Shown here in pieces: positions 1 to 10,358 of a stretch of DNA of 64,000 nt. How positions within the stretch are numbered: position 1 is the stretch's first letter; every line of letters starts with the position of its first letter. Origin of the DNA: Patescibacteria group bacterium (GTDB lineage Bacteria > Patescibacteriota > Minisyncoccia > UBA6257 > UBA9933); the NCBI GenBank assembly GCA_038065955.1, contig JBBTPY010000003.1, forward strand, positions 39,624 to 103,623. Direction: 5' to 3'. The notes below the pieces were generated by a model that was not told where the DNA came from, made no database searches, and saw only the letters and a program-made list of their open reading frames with translations. The translations under genes were made by a program, and so were the position numbers.

Positions 1-33
1 ATAATGGGGCTAAATACCTCATTTTTTATTGAA

Positions 34-651
34 ATGGCTTTTATTTTAGGAAAAAAATTGAAAATGACGCAGTTTTGGAAGGGCAATAAAGTTGTGCCGG
101 CGACGCTTATCGCGGCCGGGCCGATTACGATTATTCAAATTAGAACGAAAGAAAATGATGGTTATGAAGCGGCTCAAGTCGGATTCGGAACAAAAAAATC
201 GAAAAATATAAATAAGCCGCAATTGGGCCAGTTCAAAAATTTAGGCAATTTTCAATATGTTCGGGAATTCAAGTCGAAAATCAATAATCAGCAGCCAATG
301 AATTATAAAGTAGGCGATGTTTTGGATGTAAGCCAATTTCAAGAAGGCGAAAAAGTGAAAGTAAGCGGATTAAATAAGGGCCGCGGTTTTCAAGGAGTGG
401 TAAAAAGGCACGGATTTGCCGGCGGACCGAAAACGCACGGCCAGAAAAATCGTTTGCGGGCGCCCGGTTCCATCGGCGCGACCGCGCCGCAAAGGGTAAT
501 GAAAGGAAGGAAGATGGCCGGACGAATGGGGCAAGAGCGGATTACCGTGAAAAATCTTGAAATCGCCGGCATTGATAAAGAAAAAAACATTCTTATTATT
601 AAGGGCGCTGTTCCCGGAATGAAAGGAACATTGTTGGAAATAAGGGGATAA
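34..651 (+). CDS. rplC: 50S ribosomal protein L3
   Basis: ORF 4..651; canonical L3 N-terminus ILGKKLKMTQ begins at the ATG at 34; first gene of the conserved L3-L4-L23-L2 order. Confidence 0.9.
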   Translation: MAFILGKKLKMTQFWKGNKVVPATLIAAGPITIIQIRTKENDGYEAAQVGFGTKKSKNINKPQLGQFKNLGNFQYVREFKSKINNQQPMNYKVGDVLDVSQFQEGEKVKVSGLNKGRGFQGVVKRHGFAGGPKTHGQKNRLRAPGSIGATAPQRVMKGRKMAGRMGQERITVKNLEIAGIDKEKNILIIKGAVPGMKGTLLEIRG

Positions 652-655
652 GATT

Positions 656-1279
656 ATGACTGTTGATATTTTTGATAAACAAAATAATAAAGCGGGTACG
701 GTTGATTTGCCGGATAGAATATTTGGGGTAAAATGGAATCCCGATTTGGTTCATCAGATTTTAACGGCGCAAACGGCCAATCGCCGCGAGCCTTGGGCGC
801 ATACTAAAACCAGGGGCGAAGTTTCCGGCGGCGGCAAAAAGCCGTGGAAACAGAAGGGCACGGGCCGGGCGCGACACGGTTCAACCCGTTCGCCTTTATG
901 GGTAGGCGGCGGCGTGACTTTCGGGCCGAGAAAAGAAAGGAATTATACCAAAAAAATCAATAAAAAGATGAACCGGCTGGCGATTTTCAGCGCGCTTTCC
1001 AAGAAATTAAAAGAAAATGAATTAAAAATAATTGATAAATTTGACGCGGCTTCAAACAAGACGAAAGAATGGAATAAAATTTTGAAAAACTTGTTAGGTT
1101 TAAAATTGTCGGTTTTAATGATTTCAGCGGCCAAAAATAATATTCATCGGGCAATAGGCAATATTCCGAAAACGGACGCAATCAGTTCCCACTCTTTAAA
1201 CGTTTATGACTTGTTAAAGCGCAAAAATATTTTGATTGAAAAAGAGGCGATTGAAGAAATTGAAAAACATTATGAATAA
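656..1279 (+). CDS. rplD: 50S ribosomal protein L4
   Basis: 207-aa ORF following rplC; L4-like sequence and operon position. Confidence 0.9.
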   Translation: MTVDIFDKQNNKAGTVDLPDRIFGVKWNPDLVHQILTAQTANRREPWAHTKTRGEVSGGGKKPWKQKGTGRARHGSTRSPLWVGGGVTFGPRKERNYTKKINKKMNRLAIFSALSKKLKENELKIIDKFDAASNKTKEWNKILKNLLGLKLSVLMISAAKNNIHRAIGNIPKTDAISSHSLNVYDLLKRKNILIEKEAIEEIEKHYE

Positions 1280-1559
1280 ATCAAAATCGCAAATATTGAA
1301 GCAAAATTGGATTACCGAAAAATCAACCGCTTTGGCAAATTTCGGGAAGTATGTTTTTTTAGTGGACAAAAAAGCGAATAAGCCGGAAACGGCCAAGCTT
1401 ATTGAAGAGATTTACAAAGTGAAAGTAAAAGACATAAATATGATAAATACGAAAAGTAAAACCAGGCGGCTCGGCAGGAGCGTCGGCAGAGTTCCCGGTT
1501 TTAAAAAAGCGATTGTGACGCTAAAAGAAGGACATAAAATTGACGCAATGCCGGCATGA
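1272..1559 (+). CDS. rplW: 50S ribosomal protein L23
   Basis: ORF 1236..1559; the in-frame ATG at 1272 overlaps the rplD stop by 8 nt; L23-like; operon position. Confidence 0.85.
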   Translation: MNKSKSQILKQNWITEKSTALANFGKYVFLVDKKANKPETAKLIEEIYKVKVKDINMINTKSKTRRLGRSVGRVPGFKKAIVTLKEGHKIDAMPA

Positions 1560-2380
1560 TAAAACAATACAAACCTACAACTCCATCAAGAAGATCTATG
1601 ACCGTTGTTGATTACGGCGTATTAACTGCGGTTAAACCTCATAAAAAATTATTGACGAAATTGAAAAAACGCGGCGGCCGCAATAATTCCGGCAGAATCA
1701 CAATGCGTCATCAGGGAGGAGAAAATAAAAAGCTTTATCGGTTAGTGGATTTTAAGCAGGATAAATTGGACATTCCCGCGAAGATTGAGACGATAGAATA
1801 CGACCCGTATCGGACGGCTTTTATCGCTTTGGTTTTATATTCCGACGGCGAGAGGCGTTATATTCTCGCTTCAAAAAATATGAAAGTCGGCGATGAAATT
1901 ATTACTTCCGAGAATGCGCCCATAAAAGAAGGCAATCGTTCGGCTTTAAAAAATATTCCAGTCGGCTATTTTGTTTATAATATTGAAATGAATAGAGGCG
2001 GCGGCGGAAAACTGGCGAGATCGGCCGGCGCTTCTTGCCAGATAATGGCTCAGGAAAAAAGTTGGACGCAATTAAAGCTTTCTTCCGGAGAAGTAAGGAA
2101 AATTAATCGGGAAAATTTCGCTTCTCTTGGACAACTTTCAAATCCGGATTATATTTTAACGACAATCGGCAAGGCCGGCCGTTCGCGTTGGCTCGGCATC
2201 AGGCCGACGGTAAGAGGTTCAGCAATGAATCCGCGCGACCATCCTTACGGAGGCGGCGAAGGCCGGGCCGTGCGCGGCACGAAGCGTCCGAAAACAAAAT
2301 GGGGAAAAATTACAGGAGGTCGAAAAACTAGAAAGAAAAAGAAATGGAGCAATAAGATGATTATTAAAAGAAGAAAATAA
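1556..2380 (+). CDS. rplB: 50S ribosomal protein L2
   Basis: 274-aa protein with the characteristic Gly/Arg-rich L2 C-terminus (HPYGGGEGR). Confidence 0.95.
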   Translation: MIKQYKPTTPSRRSMTVVDYGVLTAVKPHKKLLTKLKKRGGRNNSGRITMRHQGGENKKLYRLVDFKQDKLDIPAKIETIEYDPYRTAFIALVLYSDGERRYILASKNMKVGDEIITSENAPIKEGNRSALKNIPVGYFVYNIEMNRGGGGKLARSAGASCQIMAQEKSWTQLKLSSGEVRKINRENFASLGQLSNPDYILTTIGKAGRSRWLGIRPTVRGSAMNPRDHPYGGGEGRAVRGTKRPKTKWGKITGGRKTRKKKKWSNKMIIKRRK

Positions 2381-2385
2381 ATATT

Positions 2386-2685
2386 ATGTCGCGAAGTTCA
2401 AAAAAAGGTCCTTATATTGACCAAAAATTATTAAAAAAAATATCAAAGTTGAAACCCGATGATAAGACGGTAATTAATACTTGGTCGCGGGACAGCGAAA
2501 TTTCTCCTGAGATGATAGGGTTTATTTTCGGCGTTCATAACGGGAAAATTTTTATTCCGGTTAAAGTGACGGAAGATATGATTGGCCATCGTTTCGGCGA
2601 ATTCTCATTGACGAGAAAATTTGTCAGACACGGAGGAAAGATGCAGAAGGAATTGGAGAAAAAAGCGGTAGAACCGAAAAAATAA
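2386..2685 (+). CDS. rpsS: 30S ribosomal protein S19
   Basis: 99 aa, S19 motifs (GPYID, NGK.F.PV), operon position. Confidence 0.95.
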   Translation: MSRSSKKGPYIDQKLLKKISKLKPDDKTVINTWSRDSEISPEMIGFIFGVHNGKIFIPVKVTEDMIGHRFGEFSLTRKFVRHGGKMQKELEKKAVEPKK

Positions 2686-2686
2686 T

Positions 2687-3199
2687 ATGAAAATTCAAAT
2701 CGCAAAATTAAATTATCTTCATATGGCTCCGCGCAAGGTGCGGTTGATTGCCAATATCATAAAAGGCCTTTCGGTTAATGAAGCGGAGGCTCAATTGATG
2801 GTTAACCCGCAAAAAGCGGGCGGCCCTATTTTAAAATTATTGCGTTCGGCGGTTGCCAACGGCAAGCAGAAAGAATTAAAACCGGAAAATCTTATTGTTA
2901 AAGATATTAAAGTTGACCAGGGTCCGGTTTCAAAGCGTCATATGCCGAGAGCTCAAGGCAGAGCGACTTTAATTTTAAAAAGAAGCAGTCATATTACTTT
3001 AATTTTAGCCGAATCTCAAAATCCGAAAATTTCAAGATTTAAAATAATAAAACCACAAAGAGTTTCAAAGAGAGTTAAGGCTGGGATGGCAAGTAAAGAA
3101 GCGGGAATGGAAAAAATTGGCGGAAAAGAACCGGCGAAACCGGCAATAAAAGAAAAAGAAGGATTTATGAAAAAAATGTTCAGACGCAAAGTAGTTTAA
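2687..3199 (+). CDS. rplV: 50S ribosomal protein L22 (with K/E-rich C-terminal extension)
   Basis: L22-like core followed by a basic C-terminal tail; operon position. Confidence 0.9.
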   Translation: MKIQIAKLNYLHMAPRKVRLIANIIKGLSVNEAEAQLMVNPQKAGGPILKLLRSAVANGKQKELKPENLIVKDIKVDQGPVSKRHMPRAQGRATLILKRSSHITLILAESQNPKISRFKIIKPQRVSKRVKAGMASKEAGMEKIGGKEPAKPAIKEKEGFMKKMFRRKVV

Positions 3200-3217
3200 T
3201 GAATAATTAATAAAATT

Positions 3218-3901
3218 ATGGGGAAAAAAATCAGACCAAATTCATTTAGATTAGGAATAACAAAAGATTGGAGCTCTCGCTGGTTTCCGAAGGACAATAA
3301 TTTTAAATCTTATTTGGAAGAGGATGTTTTGTTGCGGAAAATAATCGGGGAAAAAATCGGCAGCGCCGGCATTGATAAAATAGACATAGAACGAGTCGGT
3401 AATAAATGCAGAATTTTAATAAAAGCCAGTCGGCCGGGATTAATTATCGGTCGAGGCGGCAAAGGGATTGAGGAGTTGACCAAAGCGCTTGAATCCGCTT
3501 TGAAAAAGCTTAGATTGAAAAAAGGCGTGAAAGAATCGCCGATTTTGAGCGTTAACATAGAAGAATTAAAGCGCTCGGATGTTTCGGCCAATGTTACGGC
3601 GCAGAATATCGCATGGGATATAGAAAGAAGAATGCCGTTTCGCCGAACGATAAAAAAATATCTTACTTCCATTTTACAAAATAAAGAAATTCAAGGGGCA
3701 AAAATTGAAATTGCCGGCAGATTGGACGGAAATGAAATTGCCCGGACGGAGCATTTGATAAAAGGACGCTTGCCGCTTCAGAAATTAAGGGCTAATATAG
3801 ACTACGGTCAAGCTACCGCTTTTACCACATATGGAACCGTTGGAGTAAAAGTATGGGTGTATAAAGGCGATATATTTGAAAAATCGGATAATAATAATTG
3901 A
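3218..3901 (+). CDS. rpsC: 30S ribosomal protein S3
   Basis: 227 aa, KH-domain S3 signature ([12 protein letters not shown]). Confidence 0.95.
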   Translation: MGKKIRPNSFRLGITKDWSSRWFPKDNNFKSYLEEDVLLRKIIGEKIGSAGIDKIDIERVGNKCRILIKASRPGLIIGRGGKGIEELTKALESALKKLRLKKGVKESPILSVNIEELKRSDVSANVTAQNIAWDIERRMPFRRTIKKYLTSILQNKEIQGAKIEIAGRLDGNEIARTEHLIKGRLPLQKLRANIDYGQATAFTTYGTVGVKVWVYKGDIFEKSDNNN

Positions 3902-4317
3902 TTATGTTATTGCCTAAAAAAGTAAAACATAGAAAATGGCATAAAGGAAAATCGCGTTATCGGCAAGTTGAGACGCGGGGGATTTTTTTGAGCTTCGGTT
4001 CTTTCGGATTACAGTCTTTGGGAAGTTGCTGGATTAATTCCAGACAAATTGAAGCCGCCAGAAAATCCATTACTCATTACACTAAACGAGGCGGGAAAAT
4101 TTGGATAAGAATTTTTCCGGATAAGCCGGTTACCAAAAGGCCGCCGGAAACAACAATGGGCGGCGGCAAAGGAGCGGTTGACCATTATGTTTTTCCGGTA
4201 AAGCCCGGAAGGATTTTATTTGAAATAGACGGCGTAAGCGATGAAATAGCGAGAGAAGCTTTGCGGAGAGCCAGTCATAAATTACCGGTAAAAACAAGAG
4301 TAATCGCGAAAATATGA
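3898..4317 (+). CDS. rplP: 50S ribosomal protein L16
   Basis: 139 aa, L16-like; 4-nt overlap with rpsC. Confidence 0.95.
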   Translation: MIMLLPKKVKHRKWHKGKSRYRQVETRGIFLSFGSFGLQSLGSCWINSRQIEAARKSITHYTKRGGKIWIRIFPDKPVTKRPPETTMGGGKGAVDHYVFPVKPGRILFEIDGVSDEIAREALRRASHKLPVKTRVIAKI

Positions 4318-4505
4318 AGAAATCTGAAATTCAACAATTAAAAAATAAGCCATTAGCTGAACTTCAAAAACAGCTGGTTTTGGCGTACGATCGGTTAAGA
4401 AAGTTGAAATTTGATTTAAGCCAGGGCAAAGTAAAGAATATTAAAAGCATTAAAGAGGCGAAAAAATTGATTGCGAGAATATTAACGATAATTAATAATT
4501 TATGA
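4314..4505 (+). CDS. rpmC: 50S ribosomal protein L29
   Basis: 63 aa, helical, operon position between L16 and S17. Confidence 0.85.
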   Translation: MKKSEIQQLKNKPLAELQKQLVLAYDRLRKLKFDLSQGKVKNIKSIKEAKKLIARILTIINNL

Positions 4506-4732
4506 AACGAACACTGCAAGGAATAATTGTTTCGGATAAAATGGATAAGACCTGCGTGGTTGAGATTTCGCGTCTTAAAAAACATCCGCTTTATAAAAAA
4601 TATTATAAAGCGACGCGGAAATTTAAAGCGCATGACGAAAAGAATGAATATAAATCCGGCGATAAAGTAATTATTGAAGAAACAAGGCCGTTATCTAAAG
4701 ATAAAAGGTGGAGAATAGTGTCTAAAATATGA
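4502..4732 (+). CDS. rpsQ: 30S ribosomal protein S17
   Basis: 76 aa, S17-like ([11 protein letters not shown]), operon position. Confidence 0.9.
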   Translation: MKRTLQGIIVSDKMDKTCVVEISRLKKHPLYKKYYKATRKFKAHDEKNEYKSGDKVIIEETRPLSKDKRWRIVSKI

Positions 4733-5097
4733 TACAAGAAAGAAGTGTATTAAAAGTGGCTGATAATTCCGGAGCGAAAATAATTCGCTGTTTTCGGGTT
4801 TTAGGAGGAAGCCGGCGCCGTTACGCCGGTATAGGCGATATTATCGTGGCTTCCGTTCAAAAAGCTGAACCGCGAAAAGCGGTTAAAAAGAAAGAGGTGG
4901 TTAAAGCGGTAATCGTTAGGACTAAAAATGTCCGTCGGCGGCCGGATGGTTCGTATGTAAGATTTGACGACAATGCGGCGGTTTTAATTGATGCCAAACT
5001 TGAACCGCGAGGAACTAGGATTTTTGGTCCGATTCCGCGGGAAATGAAAGAAAAAGGTTTCGAAAAAATAGCCACTATGGCCGATGAAATAGTATGA
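4729..5097 (+). CDS. rplN: 50S ribosomal protein L14
   Basis: 122 aa, L14 signature ([13 protein letters not shown]). Confidence 0.95.
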   Translation: MIQERSVLKVADNSGAKIIRCFRVLGGSRRRYAGIGDIIVASVQKAEPRKAVKKKEVVKAVIVRTKNVRRRPDGSYVRFDDNAAVLIDAKLEPRGTRIFGPIPREMKEKGFEKIATMADEIV

Positions 5098-5399
5098 AAA
5101 TTCGCAAAAACGACAAAGTTAAAATAATCGCCGGAAAAGATAAAGGAAAAACCGGAAAAGTAATAAAAATTTTATCGCAAAGCGGAAGAATTTTAGTTGA
5201 AGGATTGAATTTGTATAAAAAACATGTCCGGCCGAAAAAACAAGGAGAAAAAGGCGAAACGGTTTTAACGCCCCGGTCCATTCAGGCGTCAAACGCGATG
5301 ATTATTTGTTCATCTTGCGCCCGAGCCGTTAAGGTTGGCCATTCAATAGAAGGCGACATTAAGACAAGAATATGTAAAAAATGCGGAGTTAAAATATGA
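5094..5399 (+). CDS. rplX: 50S ribosomal protein L24
   Basis: 101 aa, KOW-type L24 ([18 protein letters not shown]). Confidence 0.9.
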   Translation: MKIRKNDKVKIIAGKDKGKTGKVIKILSQSGRILVEGLNLYKKHVRPKKQGEKGETVLTPRSIQASNAMIICSSCARAVKVGHSIEGDIKTRICKKCGVKI

Positions 5400-5953
5400 A
5401 GCAAATAAATTTAAAAGAAAAATATAATCAGGAAGTGATTCCGAAAATGAAAGAAAAATTCAATTACAAAAATGATTTGGCGGTTCCGAGATTGGGAAAA
5501 ATCGTGATTAACGTAAGCGCGGGAAGATTATCCCAGCAAGCAGGTTTTGAAGATAAAATTTTACCAGAAATAATGAAAAGTTTGGCGATTATTTCCGGGC
5601 AAAAACCGATTACCACGGTTGCTAAAAAATCTATTGCCGGATTTAAGACCAGGGAAGGACAAATTGTCGGTTTAAAAATCACTTTGCGCCGGCGGAGAAT
5701 GTATGATTTTTTGGAAAGATTAGTGAGAATTGTTTTGCCGCGCGTAAAAGATTTTAAAGGAATAGAACTTAAAAATATTGACCAAGGCGGAAATTTAAAT
5801 ATCGGAATCAGAGAACAGGCGGTGTTTCCTGAAATAATTTCGGAGACGCTGAAAGTTGACTTTGGATTGGAAATTAGTATTGTAAGTAATGCCAAAAGTC
5901 GAGATGAGGCAATTGAATTATATCGGCAACTGGGGTTGCCGCTAAAGAAATAA
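5396..5953 (+). CDS. rplE: 50S ribosomal protein L5
   Basis: 185 aa, L5-like, operon position. Confidence 0.95.
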   Translation: MKQINLKEKYNQEVIPKMKEKFNYKNDLAVPRLGKIVINVSAGRLSQQAGFEDKILPEIMKSLAIISGQKPITTVAKKSIAGFKTREGQIVGLKITLRRRRMYDFLERLVRIVLPRVKDFKGIELKNIDQGGNLNIGIREQAVFPEIISETLKVDFGLEISIVSNAKSRDEAIELYRQLGLPLKK

Positions 5954-6139
5954 ATGGCAAAAACATCTGTTATCGCGCGAGCTTTAAAATCACCGAAATA
6001 TTCAACGCGAATCGTTCTCCGATGTTTTCGTTGCGGCCGCAAAAGAAGCTATATAAGGGATTTCGGACTTTGTCGGATTTGTTTCAGGGAGATGGCGTCC
6101 CGCGGAGAAATACCCGGGATAAAAAAAGCGTCATGGTAA
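5954..6139 (+). CDS. rpsN: 30S ribosomal protein S14 type Z (zinc-binding)
   Basis: 61 aa with a CxxC...CxxC zinc ribbon (CFRCGR...CRIC). Confidence 0.9.
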   Translation: MAKTSVIARALKSPKYSTRIVLRCFRCGRKRSYIRDFGLCRICFREMASRGEIPGIKKASW

Positions 6140-6148
6140 AATAAAAAT

Positions 6149-6529
6149 ATGTATACGGATTTATTAACAAAAATTAAAAACGCTCAAGCGGTAAAGAAGG
6201 AAAATATTAAGGTTTTTCATTCTAAAACAGACGAAAAAATCGTTGAAGTTTTGACGGCCAATAATTATTTGGAAAAATTTGAAAAAAAGGGCAGGGGAGT
6301 GAAGAAAATTTTAGATATAAAGTTGAAATATAACGATGGCAATGGAGCGATTGACGGGTTTAAATTTATCAGCAAACCGTCTCGCCGAATTTATATCGGT
6401 TATGATGAAATAAGACCGGTGAGACAGGGTTATGGTTTAATGATAGTTTCCACGCCAAAAGGAATTATGACCGGAAAAGAGGCTAAAAAATTAAAAGTCG
6501 GCGGAGAAGCGTTGTTTCAAATATGGTAA
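6149..6529 (+). CDS. rpsH: 30S ribosomal protein S8
   Basis: 126 aa, S8-like, operon position. Confidence 0.95.
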   Translation: MYTDLLTKIKNAQAVKKENIKVFHSKTDEKIVEVLTANNYLEKFEKKGRGVKKILDIKLKYNDGNGAIDGFKFISKPSRRIYIGYDEIRPVRQGYGLMIVSTPKGIMTGKEAKKLKVGGEALFQIW

Positions 6530-6530
6530 T

Positions 6531-7076
6531 ATGAGTAAAATAGGCAAAAAACCAATAATTATTCCGGAAGGAGTTGAGGTTAAAATTGACGACGGAATTT
6601 TGAAAATTAAAGGGAAAAAAGGAGAATTATCTCTTCTAATTTTACCTTTTATTAAAATTAATTTAAATGAGAAAGCGATTTCTTTCGGCGCCGAAGGCGA
6701 TTTTAAGCAAGCGCGATCCAATTGGGGCACGATGAGAGCGTTGGCGAACAATGCCGTTATCGGCGTAAGTGATGGATTTTCCAAGGCGTTGGAGATAGGA
6801 GGAGTCGGCTATAGGGCTTCATTGGAAGGAAATAATCTTGTTTTAAATATCGGTTTTACCAATCCGGTTAAGATTATTCCGCCGGAAGGGATTATTATTT
6901 CAGTTGAAAAAAACGTCATTAAAGTTTCCGGAAACGACAAAGCGCTGGTCGGCAAGACGGCGGCGGAGATTAGGGCAAAGAAGAAACCGGAGCCGTATAA
7001 GGGAAAGGGAATTAAATATCAAGGAGAAATAATCAGAAGAAAAGAAGGTAAAAAAGCGGCGGCGGCGGCGAAATAA
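6531..7076 (+). CDS. rplF: 50S ribosomal protein L6
   Basis: 181 aa, L6-like duplicated-domain protein. Confidence 0.95.
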   Translation: MSKIGKKPIIIPEGVEVKIDDGILKIKGKKGELSLLILPFIKINLNEKAISFGAEGDFKQARSNWGTMRALANNAVIGVSDGFSKALEIGGVGYRASLEGNNLVLNIGFTNPVKIIPPEGIIISVEKNVIKVSGNDKALVGKTAAEIRAKKKPEPYKGKGIKYQGEIIRRKEGKKAAAAAK

Positions 7077-7092
7077 ATTATAATTTAAATTT

Positions 7093-7425
7093 ATGAATAA
7101 AGTAAAAATTTTAAATAAAACTAGGATTAGGCGTAAAAATCGGACGCGCGCAAAAATATTCGGCACTTTGGAGCGTCCTCGTCTTTCTGTTTTCCGCAGT
7201 AATCGTCAAAGTTATGTTCAGCTGATTAATGATGAAAAAGGAGAGACTTTAGCCGGCGCTTCGACTAATAAATTAATAACCGAGGAAAAATTGGGCGAGT
7301 TGATTGCCGAGAAAGCGGTTAAAAAAGAGATTAAAAAAATTATTTTTGACCGAAGGGGATATAAATATCACGGTCGAGTGAAAGCAATCGCCGAAGGAGC
7401 GAGAAAAAGAGGATTGAAATTTTAA
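7093..7425 (+). CDS. rplR: 50S ribosomal protein L18
   Basis: 110 aa, L18-like, operon position. Confidence 0.9.
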   Translation: MNKVKILNKTRIRRKNRTRAKIFGTLERPRLSVFRSNRQSYVQLINDEKGETLAGASTNKLITEEKLGELIAEKAVKKEIKKIIFDRRGYKYHGRVKAIAEGARKRGLKF

Positions 7426-7427
7426 TT

Positions 7428-7919
7428 ATGGCGGAACAAAGAGAAAGAAAAATATTTAATAGGGGAAGAGGCGATAAAAAAGTTTCTGAATTTAAAGAAA
7501 AAGTATTGGATTTACGACGGGTAACCAGGGTGGTTGCCGGCGGCAAGCGCATGCGTTTTAGGGTAACGATAGTTGTCGGCGATGAAAAAGGAAGAGTCGG
7601 CCTTGGTATTGGTAAAGGATTGGATGTGGCTCAAGCGGTTGATAAAGCCAAAGCCAATGCCAAAAAAAATATAATCACTGTAAAACTTAAGGGAAAAACC
7701 ATTCCTCATGAAACAGAGGCGAAATTCAGCGCGGCTCATATAATAATAAAACCGGCGAAAGCCGGACACGGATTAAAAGCGGGCGGAGCGGCGCGGCAGG
7801 TTTTGCTTTTATCCGGTATTCGGGACGCCACGGCTAAATGTTTAGGGGGAACTAAAAATAAATTAACAAACGCGATGGCGGCGGTAGAAGCGTTAAAGAA
7901 GTTAAAAGTTAAAAGTTAA
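7428..7919 (+). CDS. rpsE: 30S ribosomal protein S5
   Basis: 163 aa, S5 dsRBD plus C-terminal domain; the 3' end carries a GTTAAAA heptamer tract. Confidence 0.95.
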   Translation: MAEQRERKIFNRGRGDKKVSEFKEKVLDLRRVTRVVAGGKRMRFRVTIVVGDEKGRVGLGIGKGLDVAQAVDKAKANAKKNIITVKLKGKTIPHETEAKFSAAHIIIKPAKAGHGLKAGGAARQVLLLSGIRDATAKCLGGTKNKLTNAMAAVEALKKLKVKS

Positions 7920-7924
7920 AAAGT
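7893..7924 (+). repeat. heptamer tandem repeat GTTAAAA x4 spanning the rpsE stop
   Basis: gttaaag aa gttaaaa gttaaaa gttaaaa agtt. Confidence 0.85.
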
Positions 7925-7925
7925 T

Positions 7926-8345
7926 ATGCAACTTCATCAATTAAAACCAAAAATTAAATTAAAAAATAAAAAGCGCGTTGGCCGCGGCGGCAAGCGCGGT
8001 TCTTTTTCCGGTAAAGGAATAAAAGGACAGAAAGCGCATGCCGGCCGGAAAATAAAATCGCAGATAATGGAGCTTATCCAAAGACTTCCGAAACTTAGAG
8101 GTTTTAAAAATAAATCTTTTTTTCCGAAGGCGATTGCCGTAAATGTCGGTGATTTGGATAAAAAGATAACGGTGAATATAATAAATAAAGAGGCGCTTTT
8201 TAAAGCGGGATTGATTAAAAAAATTGACAGTCCGGTAAAAATTTTAAGTGAAGGAGAAATCAAGCGCTCGCTTCAAATTGAAGGATTGAAAGTTTCAAAA
8301 ACCGCGAAAGAAAAGATTGAAGCCGCCGGCGGCAGTATAAAGTAA
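7926..8345 (+). CDS. rplO: 50S ribosomal protein L15 (rpsE is followed directly by rplO; no L30 gene)
   Basis: 139 aa, Gly/Arg-rich L15 N-terminus (KRVGRGGKRGSFSGKG). Confidence 0.9.
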   Translation: MQLHQLKPKIKLKNKKRVGRGGKRGSFSGKGIKGQKAHAGRKIKSQIMELIQRLPKLRGFKNKSFFPKAIAVNVGDLDKKITVNIINKEALFKAGLIKKIDSPVKILSEGEIKRSLQIEGLKVSKTAKEKIEAAGGSIK

Positions 8346-8383
8346 TAAGTAATAAGTAATAAGTAATAAGTAGTAAGGCAGTA
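8342..8383 (+). repeat. heptamer tandem repeat GTAATAA x4 plus degenerate units, between rplO and secY
   Basis: gtaataa x4, gtagtaa, ggcagta. Confidence 0.9.
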
Positions 8384-8393
8384 GGCGTGGAAT

Positions 8394-9662
8394 ATGAACA
8401 AACTTATTCAGCTTTTTAAAATTAAAGATTTGCGCGATAAAATCCTGAAAGTGGTTTTTTTGCTGGTTTGTTTTCGGGTATTGGCGGTTATTCCCATTCC
8501 TAATATTGATCTTGAAAGATTAAGGGAATTTTTGACTTCCAACCAGCTTTTCGGGCTTTTGAGTATTTTTTCCGGCGGCGCTTTGCAGAATCTTTCAATT
8601 GTGATGCTCGGCGTCGCTCCTTATATTACGGCGACTATTATCATGCAGCTTTTGACGATGATTTTTCCGCAATTGAAAGAAATGTATTATGAAGAAGGCG
8701 CGGCCGGCAAAGCGAAGTTCAACCGCTATTCGCGTTATTTGACCGTTCCTTTGGCCGCTTTGCAGTCTTACGGATTTTTAAATATTTTAATTTCTCAAAA
8801 TATTTTGCCTCGCGTCGGCTTGTTTGAAACAATGACGAATGTCGTTTTAATCACGGCCGGCTCAATGATTTTGGTCTGGATCGGCGAACTTATCAGCGAA
8901 CAGAAAATCAGCAACGGAATTTCTTTGATTATTTTTGCCGGCATTGTCAGTCAGTTGCCGGCGGTTATTCAAAATATTATTTTTTCTTATAATCCTGGCG
9001 ATCTAATGAATTATGCCGTTTTCGCGCTGATTTCAATTATTGTAATCGCCGGCGTCGTTTTTATGCAGGAGGGCGAAAGAAAAATTCCCATTGCTTACGC
9101 TAAGCGCGTGAGAGGAATGAAAATGTACGGCGGCGCCGCCACTTATTTGCCGCTTAAAGTCAATTCCGCGGGCGTGATTCCGATTATTTTCGCCATTTCA
9201 GTTTTGTTGTTCCCTCAATTTATCGCTCAAGCCTCTTCAATAATTTCCGCCGATTTATCGATAAAAATTAACGAGTTCGTAAGCCGTTTTTTTAACAATC
9301 AATATATTCACAGTTTGATTTATTTTTCATTAGTGGTGATTTTTACGTATTTTTATACGGCTGTTACTTTTGACCCGAAAGAAATTTCCAAAAATCTTCA
9401 GCGCGCCGGCGCTTTTATCACGGGTATTCGTCCGGGCGAATCAACGACTTTGGTTTTGTCGAAAATCGTCAATCGTCTTACATTAAGCGGCGCCGTTTTT
9501 CTGGGATTAATAGCGGTTTTGCCGAATGTTACTCAAATAATTACGGGAATTTCTGTTTTAACTATCGGTGGCACAGCGCTTTTAATCGTCGTTTCCGTGG
9601 CTCTGGAAACAATGAAACAAATTAACTCTCAACTGGTAATGAGAGAATATGAAGAAATTTAA
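8394..9662 (+). CDS. secY: preprotein translocase subunit SecY
   Basis: 422 aa, 10-TM SecY topology and motifs. Confidence 0.95.
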   Translation: MNKLIQLFKIKDLRDKILKVVFLLVCFRVLAVIPIPNIDLERLREFLTSNQLFGLLSIFSGGALQNLSIVMLGVAPYITATIIMQLLTMIFPQLKEMYYEEGAAGKAKFNRYSRYLTVPLAALQSYGFLNILISQNILPRVGLFETMTNVVLITAGSMILVWIGELISEQKISNGISLIIFAGIVSQLPAVIQNIIFSYNPGDLMNYAVFALISIIVIAGVVFMQEGERKIPIAYAKRVRGMKMYGGAATYLPLKVNSAGVIPIIFAISVLLFPQFIAQASSIISADLSIKINEFVSRFFNNQYIHSLIYFSLVVIFTYFYTAVTFDPKEISKNLQRAGAFITGIRPGESTTLVLSKIVNRLTLSGAVFLGLIAVLPNVTQIITGISVLTIGGTALLIVVSVALETMKQINSQLVMREYEEI

Positions 9663-9668
9663 TTTATT

Positions 9669-10355
9669 ATGATTGCAGTCATAATTTACGGTCCTCCCGG
9701 TTCCGGCAAAGGCACGCAAGCTCAGCTTTTGGCCGAAAAATTTGATTTAATTCATCTTGATTCCGGCCGCTATCTTCGGGAAATTCTTTATAATCCGAAA
9801 TTTAAAAAAAATAAAATTATTCAGCGAGAAAGAAAAATAAACGAAGCCGGCAAACTGAATACTCCTTCGTGGGTTTTGAAAATAATCGGCGAGCGGGTGG
9901 AAAAAATAGGCAAATTGAATAAAGGCATTGTTTTTAGCGGTTCGCCGCGAACTCTTTATGAGACGGTAAGCGTTCAAAAGCGAAAAGGAATAATTGAGCT
10001 TCTGGAAAAAATTTACAAAAAGAAAAATATTTTCATTTTTAAAATTAATGTTTCAGAGGAACAAACCATTAAAAGAAATGGCAATCGTTTAGTTTGTTCG
10101 GTTTGCCGAAATCCTGTTTTGGGGCAAAAATCAATCATCGGCTGCAAATTGTCAAAGTGTCCGCTTTGCGGCGCGAAATTGGAACATCGTTTTGATGACA
10201 AAAAAGAAGTGATTTCAATAAGATTAAAAGAATATCGAGAAAGAACTTTGCCGATTATTCTGTTTCTAAAAAAAAGAGGCTATAAAATAGCGGAAATTGA
10301 CGGCAGTCCGTTGCCTTATAAAATTCATAATAATATTTTGACAAAATTAAAATAA
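9669..10355 (+). CDS. adk: adenylate kinase (zinc-finger LID variant)
   Basis: P-loop GPPGSGKGTQ; CxxC...CxxC LID; conserved position after secY. Confidence 0.9.
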   Translation: MIAVIIYGPPGSGKGTQAQLLAEKFDLIHLDSGRYLREILYNPKFKKNKIIQRERKINEAGKLNTPSWVLKIIGERVEKIGKLNKGIVFSGSPRTLYETVSVQKRKGIIELLEKIYKKKNIFIFKINVSEEQTIKRNGNRLVCSVCRNPVLGQKSIIGCKLSKCPLCGAKLEHRFDDKKEVISIRLKEYRERTLPIILFLKKRGYKIAEIDGSPLPYKIHNNILTKLK

Positions 10356-10358
10356 ATA

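Noticed and set aside
8342-8383. GTAATAA repeat as a regulatory leader for secY
   Set aside because: It could equally be a neutral STR. There is no complementary partner or conserved structure, and it is retained only as part of the heptamer-repeat observation.
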